The translations under genes were made by a program, and so were the position numbers. This document shows, piece by piece, positions 26,501 through 32,000 of a stretch of DNA of 32,000 bases. Under the pieces are notes generated by a model. The model was not told the DNA's origin, searched no databases, and saw nothing but the letters and a program-made list of their open reading frames with translations. The number at the start of each line of letters is the position of its first letter. The first letter of the stretch is position 1. Source of the DNA: Candidatus Arthromitus sp. SFB-mouse-Japan (GTDB lineage Bacteria > Bacillota > Clostridia > Clostridiales > Clostridiaceae); NCBI RefSeq assembly GCF_000270205.1, contig NC_015913.1, positions 1,140,001 to 1,172,000 of the forward strand, given 5' to 3'.

Positions 26501-26981
26501 ATTGCTCAATAAACAAATACTTAAATAATTCATCAATTTTATTCTCGCTTTTAAGCTTAAGAATATATTCTCTATCGACATAAAAATCCAAATCATCAAA
26601 ATATGTAACTATATCAGGATCAATCTTATTCTTATTTAAAGACGACAAAACCCTAATACCAGATGGAAGATAATTATTAATTTCCATAAATCTTATAGCA
26701 ATTACACGATTGAACCAAGTATAAGCAGCTTCCTCAACAATAGAATCAAATCCTCTTTCACTAATTTTCTTAACTAAAATTTCTCTTTTCTCTATATCTT
26801 GTCCAAAAATTCTATATACCCTATCTGCTCCTATTTTATACTCCTCATACTCATTCCCATCTCTTACACCTTCTTGTACATGATCTTTCGTAATACCAAG
26901 TAAAAGAAGCTTATCAGTTACTTCCTTTATTAAACTTTTCCTCGCCCAAACAGCAAAATTTTTAATTACATTCTTATTCAT
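23514..26981 (-). CDS. pglX: BREX-type adenine-specific DNA methyltransferase PglX
   Basis: About 1155 aa. N-terminus MNKNVIKNFAVWARKSLIKEV is typical of PglX. SAM-binding motif IIDPCMGSGHIL (about 26047-26076). Catalytic VVTNPPY (NPPY = 25551-25562). Long C-terminal extension. ATG at 26981 overlaps the brxC stop within ATGAATAA. Confidence 0.9.
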   Translation of the reverse strand: MNKNVIKNFAVWARKSLIKEVTDKLLLLGITKDHVQEGVRDGNEYEEYKIGADRVYRIFGQDIEKREILVKKISERGFDSIVEEAAYTWFNRVIAIRFMEINNYLPSGIRVLSSLNKNKIDPDIVTYFDDLDFYVDREYILKLKSENKIDELFKYLFIEQCNALNEILPGIFKKTNDYRNLLFPVNLSNENSFIRKIIEEIDEKYFFNNVEIIGWLYQYYITEKKDEIFRRLKQNIKISKENIPSVTQIFTPKWIVKYMVENSLGRFYIENSGESEFPVKLKYFVDAEIGEPDFKNISPEDIKIIDPCMGSGHILVYAFDLLFEIYKEYGYLESEIPYLIFENNLFGIDIDDRAYELAYFALMMKGRSRFRKFLRNNNIKFNLYPIIESNEIYDSVLAKASILEHDKFYDVKYILDSFRDSKEYGSLLSVKKLDFDSIEDAIYPYLNEEELYCMKNLINLSRLLSSKYHIVVTNPPYMSSRGMGEKLALYLKENYPNSKMDLFSVFIERGFELTHDNGFNVMLTMQSWMFLYKFEKLRKSISESNTIVSLLHMDNNVMSIAFGTSATIFKKKSIEDYEGIYNYVKYEDINASGEPTNFPISHNRNSRIKLKSFDDVPGSPINYWISERAREIFREFKPLKEYFEPKQGMATTDNKTFVRYWYELNKSDIEFCSKNHNDVKNIDKKWFPYNKGGDYRKWYGNNEYIIKYENSGENLINFVKAKYPRITDPEFVIKNRKYYFKKGITWSLFGFKNFGVRYKDYGFIFDVSGSSLFPDKKYEKYILAFLCSNVCFYLLSSIAPTVNFQIGNIGDLPIIMDDSYLDDITKLANRNIYLCKKEWDFYETSWDFKVHPSIEFKISGRLKDSYDNFYREVETMFEEVKRNEERINFIFKEIYGFSDEVSYEVEDGNVSIRKIDEKKFVESFLSYFVGCVFGRYSLDYEKVIDNVDNIFKRDYEKFYPEKDNILIISTEEYFKNDIYNLFLKFLEIVFDKEFIDENLRFVCSSLGFKGGSYRENIVQYFLKDFFKNHSKIYNKCPIYFEFCSGKNNGINALTYIHRFSSEDFLKFKINYLDIIEHKYEEEILRFENIYENEKFLKSKKYKETLILKLEECKKYNQIIKCISEKFIEINLEDGISNIYEKLQKEGDFYNQNIFK

Positions 26982-29900
26982 CAATAATCCCTCTATCTTT
27001 TAAAAATATGCCCTCCATTTTAATTCCATAAATATCAAACAAACTAGAACAACCATTAAGCTTATCTTTCAACTCATACAATAAATCTTCACATATAAAA
27101 TCAGCAATCTCTTTATCCAAAAATTCATCAACATACTTAATATTTTGATCCAAATATAAACTATGTATCTCAAAAAAAGAATTAACATATCCTTTTAATT
27201 TTGAAATACTACGATATGGATCATCACTATGTAAAACTTCTTTAATTTTTAATGCACACTCATATACACCATTTTTATTAGGAATAAAATTCTTATCTTT
27301 ATTAAAAATTTCTATAGAAACAATAGCCCTCTTAAATATTTCAAACTGAACACTCGTATAAAAATTATGAACAAGTTCAAATTTTTCAAATTTTGATAAT
27401 ATTAGATTTTCATCTAAATCACATAAATTAGCATCCTTAAACTCGAATATAAAATTCTCAAATTCATTTACAAAATCAATATTCAAATAAACATTATTAC
27501 TTTTTGAAATATTTTTAATCAAATTAATACGCTCTAAAATCTCATTAAAATCATCAGATGAAGTCACCTTAAGTTCATCAATACTATTAACAAAATATTT
27601 CTTACCAAATATCTCTTCAAATAATTTTTTATAAATATTGAATTTATGTTTTCCTCCATTATCCAAAAATTCAACGTAAATTTTATTTAAACTTCCTTTA
27701 ACCTCTACAAACTCCTTAAGCTTATCAAAACTATAATCACAAAATAATTTTCCTTCTTTTACAAAACACAAAATCCCAAATAAAACATCATGTCTATTAA
27801 ATCCATAAGGTATTTGTTTAAAATGAGAAATGATGTCAGAAATTTTTATCTTCCCAACATTGCTCAAAAAATTAAAAAGTTCTTTCATAAATAAAGAATT
27901 ACAAATCAATATTTCATTTAACATTTTATCATCATTCAAAGCTACAAGCATATCTTTTGTGGAATCCAAAACCCTTTCAATATAAAAAAACTTATTAAAT
28001 CTACATGAAATAATATCATTTAAAGCTATTCTAAAAATCTCCCCTACACTTGAAAATTTTTTACATAAAATTTCTCCATTTACAAATATCTTTGCACTCT
28101 TAATATTATCAAGTATTAAAACCTTAACTCTCTCTAAACGATTATTATGTTCAACTTCCTTTTGCTTAATAATTTCATAGAATGAATCCTTATAAGAATC
28201 CTTATTATACTTTAAAAATTTATCTAACTTTAGATATAAATTTATCTCCTCGACTAAACTTTTATCATTATCCAAATAAACGATAACATTGTTCTCTATA
28301 CTAGATATAACCCTTATCAAATCCAAATTAAAATTCTCATCGTAATTGGTCATAAGAACTTTAATTCCAATAAGATTTGCCTTTGAAACCCTATATTCTC
28401 CGTTATCAAAAAATTGGTTAATACCGAAGTAACCCTTTCCTTGATACTTAAACTTGACAATCCCTATAACTTCATCAAATATTTCCCTGCATAACAAGTT
28501 ATTTATATCATGTGAATTAACATTACTCCTAATTATTTTATAATTTATATCTCTCTCATTCTTTGACAAAAAATAAAATTTATCGCCATCTCTACTAACA
28601 AATCCTTCGTTAATAAGCTTAGATAAAGAATTCTTAATTTTATTTATTATATTACTCTCTAAACTAATATTGGAAATAATTAATGATAATATAGTATCCA
28701 TGTTCCCAACCATATTCGGAACATACTTAATCAAAAATAATACCTTCAATATGTTAATATCAAATTCATCAAGCATCGTATAATCTTTTAAAATCAAAAA
28801 TATGTACTGATGATTATAATCAATAAAATCACTAATCGCATCATAGAACATATAAAACGGAACAATACAGTTAATATCATAATCCTTAAAATTAATTAAA
28901 ACCTTTTGAAAACAATTAATAATACTTCTTTCACCTTTTGATATATCCCTACTTATAACATTGTTCTTAATCATATAAAATATAATTTCCCTTAAAAGCT
29001 CAAGCTGATAAGGAAGAAAAGGATAATAATTTACAAATTGATCTCTATTTATACTATTTTGATGATTACTTATAACTAGATCTGATCCAAACTTCGTCTT
29101 TATAAAAAACTTTTTCTCATCATAAAACTCTCCTATCAGATCTATGAACTCATCCTTTTTAAGTAACAATCTCCTATTCAAAACTTCTCCAATATTAATG
29201 CTCGATAAATGAAACTTATTTTTAAATCTACTTTGAATTTTTGAAAAATCATAGCTTTTATCATTTACCATATTTAAAATATCAACATGACTTGTAACAA
29301 TAACAAACGCCCTTCCTAAACATTTAATAGAAAGTTCCTCAACAATCGTCTGAAGATTTAAAATCTTATTCACATCATCAGCTATAAATTGAGAAACTTC
29401 ATCTATCATAAACACAATACTATGGTCCTTACCTTTTTTCTCTATATACTCGTTAACTTTACGAGCAAAAATATCAACATTCATTTTATAATTCTTTTCA
29501 ATATTAACAAAATAATCTTGTGCTACATCTAAACTAAAATTCTTACACACACTCAACGCCTTAATTAAATGCTCTTTATAAAAATAAAACTTCTCTCTTC
29601 CTTCTTCCCAACTAATATTAGAAATATCTAAAAACTCTCGTCTAAAATCATCAAAAATATTTTCATCAGATAGTTGTTCCTCAAGTTCACATACAAATCC
29701 ATGACAAGATGAAAATCCCCTCATAGAATTAAACTCATTAACAAATACATCAAGCATTAATTCTTCTTTAATATTTTTTGAATCTATATTAAAGATGATA
29801 ACATCCTTGGAGATACCTGCTACAAATTCAAGATCGTTTTTAATTTTAAGCAGACAATCATTATTTTTAATTAATAAATCCAAATTAATTTGCCTAAGTA

Positions 29901-30153
29901 TGTAATATAAAATCTTAAGAAAATGCGATTTACCACTACCAAAAAAACCTGAAATCCAAAATCCGATTTCATCATTTCTAGTAACAAAAGTATTTTTATA
30001 CGCTTCAATAAATTTACTTATGTAATTAAAAATCTCATGAGTAATAACATACTCGTCTATCTCAACTATCTCTCTCCCCATATTTTCTGAAACTTTAACT
30101 ACACTTTGTATATCTCTCTCAACATCTTTTAAAAAAATATCTTTGATAAACAT
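26974..30153 (-). CDS. brxC: BREX P-loop ATPase BrxC/PglY
   Basis: About 1059 aa. N-terminus MFIKDIFLKDVERDIQSVVKV. Walker A GFFGSGKSHFLK (29926-29949). Walker-B-like SIVFMIDEVSQF. Start set at ATG 30153 with GAGGTG (30164-30159) 5 nt upstream; the track's TTG at 30165 overlaps the RBS. Confidence 0.9.
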   Translation of the reverse strand: MFIKDIFLKDVERDIQSVVKVSENMGREIVEIDEYVITHEIFNYISKFIEAYKNTFVTRNDEIGFWISGFFGSGKSHFLKILYYILRQINLDLLIKNNDCLLKIKNDLEFVAGISKDVIIFNIDSKNIKEELMLDVFVNEFNSMRGFSSCHGFVCELEEQLSDENIFDDFRREFLDISNISWEEGREKFYFYKEHLIKALSVCKNFSLDVAQDYFVNIEKNYKMNVDIFARKVNEYIEKKGKDHSIVFMIDEVSQFIADDVNKILNLQTIVEELSIKCLGRAFVIVTSHVDILNMVNDKSYDFSKIQSRFKNKFHLSSINIGEVLNRRLLLKKDEFIDLIGEFYDEKKFFIKTKFGSDLVISNHQNSINRDQFVNYYPFLPYQLELLREIIFYMIKNNVISRDISKGERSIINCFQKVLINFKDYDINCIVPFYMFYDAISDFIDYNHQYIFLILKDYTMLDEFDINILKVLFLIKYVPNMVGNMDTILSLIISNISLESNIINKIKNSLSKLINEGFVSRDGDKFYFLSKNERDINYKIIRSNVNSHDINNLLCREIFDEVIGIVKFKYQGKGYFGINQFFDNGEYRVSKANLIGIKVLMTNYDENFNLDLIRVISSIENNVIVYLDNDKSLVEEINLYLKLDKFLKYNKDSYKDSFYEIIKQKEVEHNNRLERVKVLILDNIKSAKIFVNGEILCKKFSSVGEIFRIALNDIISCRFNKFFYIERVLDSTKDMLVALNDDKMLNEILICNSLFMKELFNFLSNVGKIKISDIISHFKQIPYGFNRHDVLFGILCFVKEGKLFCDYSFDKLKEFVEVKGSLNKIYVEFLDNGGKHKFNIYKKLFEEIFGKKYFVNSIDELKVTSSDDFNEILERINLIKNISKSNNVYLNIDFVNEFENFIFEFKDANLCDLDENLILSKFEKFELVHNFYTSVQFEIFKRAIVSIEIFNKDKNFIPNKNGVYECALKIKEVLHSDDPYRSISKLKGYVNSFFEIHSLYLDQNIKYVDEFLDKEIADFICEDLLYELKDKLNGCSSLFDIYGIKMEGIFLKDRGIIDE

Positions 30154-30163
30154 ATTACACCTC

Positions 30164-30206
30164 AAAAAATAACAACTTATAATTCAAAAAACCAAATTAT
30201 AAGTTG
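30164..30206 (-). terminator. Rho-independent terminator of pgi
   Basis: Minus strand: CAACTTATAATT (30206-30195) pairs perfectly (12 bp) with AATTATAAGTTG (30184-30173), then TTATTTTTT, which runs directly into the brxC RBS. Confidence 0.7.
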
Positions 30207-30224
30207 CTATAAAATCATTTTAAA

Positions 30225-31577
30225 TTATAATCTTTTTTCAAGTTCATTCTTCAAACTTTCAAATCCTTTTTTACCAAGAAGTGCAAACATATTTCTCTTA
30301 TAATTTTCAACACCCTCCTGATTGAATGGATTCACAGCAGCCAAGTGACCACTTATACCACAAGCTTTTTCAAAGAAATAGATCATATATCCAATATGAT
30401 AAGCATCAATCTTAGGTATAGTAACAACCATATTAGGAACTCCGCCATCTAAATGAGCAAGAAGCGTCCCTGCAAAAGCTTTTTTATTAACAAAATCAAC
30501 TGTCTTACCATTTAAATAATTAAGACCATCAATATCTCCATCCATGTTCTTAATTGTAAGATCTTTTAATGGATTTTCTACATTTATAACAGTCTCCATA
30601 ATATTTCTCATTCCATCTTGTATATACTGACCAAGTGAATGCAAATCTGTAGACAAATTAACAGAAGACGGATAAATTCCTTTTTTATCCTTTCCTTCAC
30701 TTTCTCCATATAATTGTTTCCACCATTCAGCAAAGAAAGTAAGTGATGGCTCATATGATGCTAAAATTTCTGTACTATAACCCTTTCTATAAAGAATATT
30801 TCTTGTTGCAGCATATCTGTAACAAGCATTTTCATCTAAATTGTCGCTTCCAAAATCTTTTATAGCATCTCTAGCACCCTGCATGAGAGCATCAATATCT
30901 GCACCAGAAACAGCTATAGGTAAAAGTCCAACTGGAGTTAATACAGAAAATCTTCCTCCAACGTCATCTGGTATTACAAAAGTTTCATATCCCTCACTAT
31001 CAGCAAGACCTTTCAATGCCCCTCTTGCCTTATCAGTTGTGGCTATTATTCTATCCCTCGCACCATCTTTTCCATATTTTTCTTCCAAAAAACTTTTGAA
31101 AAATCTAAATGCAAGAGCTGGTTCTGTAGTAGTTCCAGATTTAGATATAACATTCACATAAACACTTTTATCTTTAATTAACTCTAATAAATCAATTAAA
31201 TAAGTAGAGCTTATACTATTTCCTGCAAAAAATATCTGAGGGGCTTTTCTATCTTCTGGACTTAAATAATTAAAGAAAGTACTATTTAAAGATTCGATAC
31301 AAGCTTTAGCTCCTAAATATGAACCTCCTATACCTATAACTATTAAAACATCCGCATTATCCCTTATTTTCTGTGCTGTAATCTTAATTCTATTATACTC
31401 TTCTCTATCATAATCATTTGGCAGGTTTATCCAACCCAAAAAGTCACTTCCAGCTCCCGTATTACTTTTAAGTAATTCATGAGCAAGCTTAACCTGAGGT
31501 GTTATCAAAGCCAACTCTTCACTATTTATATAATTTCCTAATTTTGAATCATCAAATTTCAACTTACATGTAGACAT
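30225..31577 (-). CDS. pgi: Glucose-6-phosphate isomerase (short bacterial type, 450 aa)
   Basis: [29 protein letters not shown] and LYGESEGKD motifs in canonical order. Noticeably higher GC than its neighbours. Confidence 0.95.
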   Translation of the reverse strand: MSTCKLKFDDSKLGNYINSEELALITPQVKLAHELLKSNTGAGSDFLGWINLPNDYDREEYNRIKITAQKIRDNADVLIVIGIGGSYLGAKACIESLNSTFFNYLSPEDRKAPQIFFAGNSISSTYLIDLLELIKDKSVYVNVISKSGTTTEPALAFRFFKSFLEEKYGKDGARDRIIATTDKARGALKGLADSEGYETFVIPDDVGGRFSVLTPVGLLPIAVSGADIDALMQGARDAIKDFGSDNLDENACYRYAATRNILYRKGYSTEILASYEPSLTFFAEWWKQLYGESEGKDKKGIYPSSVNLSTDLHSLGQYIQDGMRNIMETVINVENPLKDLTIKNMDGDIDGLNYLNGKTVDFVNKKAFAGTLLAHLDGGVPNMVVTIPKIDAYHIGYMIYFFEKACGISGHLAAVNPFNQEGVENYKRNMFALLGKKGFESLKNELEKRL

Positions 31578-31632
31578 TAAATACCCTCCTTAAGATTTTT
31601 TTAAATTTATGAAAAAACAAATCTCTATAAAA

Positions 31633-31821
31633 TTATTTTAAAATAACTTTAGTTAAAAATAAAGTAAATAAAAAATAAACCAAAATTATAATAAATACAA
31701 AAGGCAAAATAGCCTTATATGCACTCTTAACTAATAACCAAAAATCTTGCTTGTCTATTTCTATCTTTTTATTAATTTCATCTTTACCATCATCTTTTTT
31801 ATTATTCCTATTAAACAACAT
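31633..31821 (-). CDS. Hypothetical small membrane protein (62 aa)
   Basis: Lys/Asp-rich N-terminus followed by one hydrophobic helix (AILPFVFIIILVYFLFTLFL). Weak AAGGA 12 nt upstream. No recognisable family. Confidence 0.35.
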   Translation of the reverse strand: MLFNRNNKKDDGKDEINKKIEIDKQDFWLLVKSAYKAILPFVFIIILVYFLFTLFLTKVILK

Positions 31822-31876
31822 ATTTCAACTTTATCCTTCTAACATAACTGATACCTTAATTATAAATTTTGAGCAT

Positions 31877-31921
31877 AAAAAAAACAATAAAAAGCGTTAA
31901 CAAATTCGCTTATTTATTGTT
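31877..31921 (-). terminator. Rho-independent terminator for a gene entering from beyond the window end
   Basis: Minus strand: CAATAAATAAGCG, loop, CGCTTTTTATTG (31919-31885, one bulge), then T8 (31884-31877). Confidence 0.6.
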
Positions 31922-31930
31922 TCCTAAAAA

Positions 31931-32000
31931 TTATATAATATCTATAACACTTAAAATATTTTTACATGTAATATTAATAGTCTTATATACTCCATCTACT
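31931..32000 (-). CDS. Possible 3' end of an unidentified gene (last 22 codons)
   Basis: This is the only open minus frame at the edge: ...VDGVYKTINITCKNILSVIDII*, with stop at 31933-31931 just upstream of the terminator at 31921-31877. Too short to identify. Confidence 0.25.
   Translation of the reverse strand, partial: VDGVYKTINITCKNILSVIDII

Noticed and set aside
26982-26984. TTG-initiated N-terminal extensions in the ORF track (pglX MMNK..., brxC MRCNMFIK... at 30154-30165)
   Set aside because: The downstream ATGs have better context: GAGGTG 5 nt upstream for brxC, and a stop/start overlap ATGAATAA for pglX. They also reproduce the family-typical N-termini.
23514-30153. Very low GC of brxC-pglX versus pgi as evidence of horizontal acquisition
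   Set aside because: Hand counts of sample 60-nt lines give about 18-25% GC in brxC and about 40% in pgi. The solute-binding protein gene gives about 20%, and the transglutaminase-like gene looks similarly AT-rich by eye. The contrast therefore reflects high-expression genes being GC-richer, not a foreign signature.
30841-31161. 106-aa plus-strand ORF inside pgi
   Set aside because: It is antisense to a confidently identified, higher-GC housekeeping gene. Higher GC explains the long spurious frame.

Overview
The window is very AT-rich by eye (sampled 60-nt lines range from about 18% to 40% GC). Gene content looks like a Firmicutes/Clostridia chromosome, and I cannot assign a species.

Housekeeping backbone:
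- valS 5' end (runs off the window, missing from the ORF track)
- a TPR protein
- a probable M16 peptidase - recX - transglutaminase-like membrane protein operon
- a reverse rubrerythrin with a well-formed promoter and a duplicated Fur/PerR-like operator
- a pseudouridine synthase - pcrA - ligA - orphan family-5 solute-binding protein operon
- an SLT lytic transglycosylase
- pgi

Two accessory regions stand out:
1. 23.5-30.2 kb holds an intact, translationally coupled brxC-pglX pair. These are the BREX P-loop ATPase and the NPPY adenine methyltransferase. None of the other BREX genes (pglZ, brxL, brxA, brxB) is present. The pair is wedged directly against the pgi terminator and is followed by a seven-repeat triple-tyrosine protein.
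2. 4-14 kb looks like a secretome island. Two proteins with a shared C-terminal DUF4214-type module bracket it; one is a 1432-aa multi-repeat giant. Between them lie five plus-strand genes for S/T/N/K/R-rich disordered proteins. Four of these form an apparently uncharacterised family with a basic N-terminus, a glycine-zipper hydrophobic helix, a variable tail and a conserved C-terminal VSVSTARK-type motif. One member sits in a near-perfect 705-bp tandem duplication.

I found no tRNA, rRNA, CRISPR array, transposase or integrase. All calls rest on reading the sequence and the supplied translations; no database search was run.
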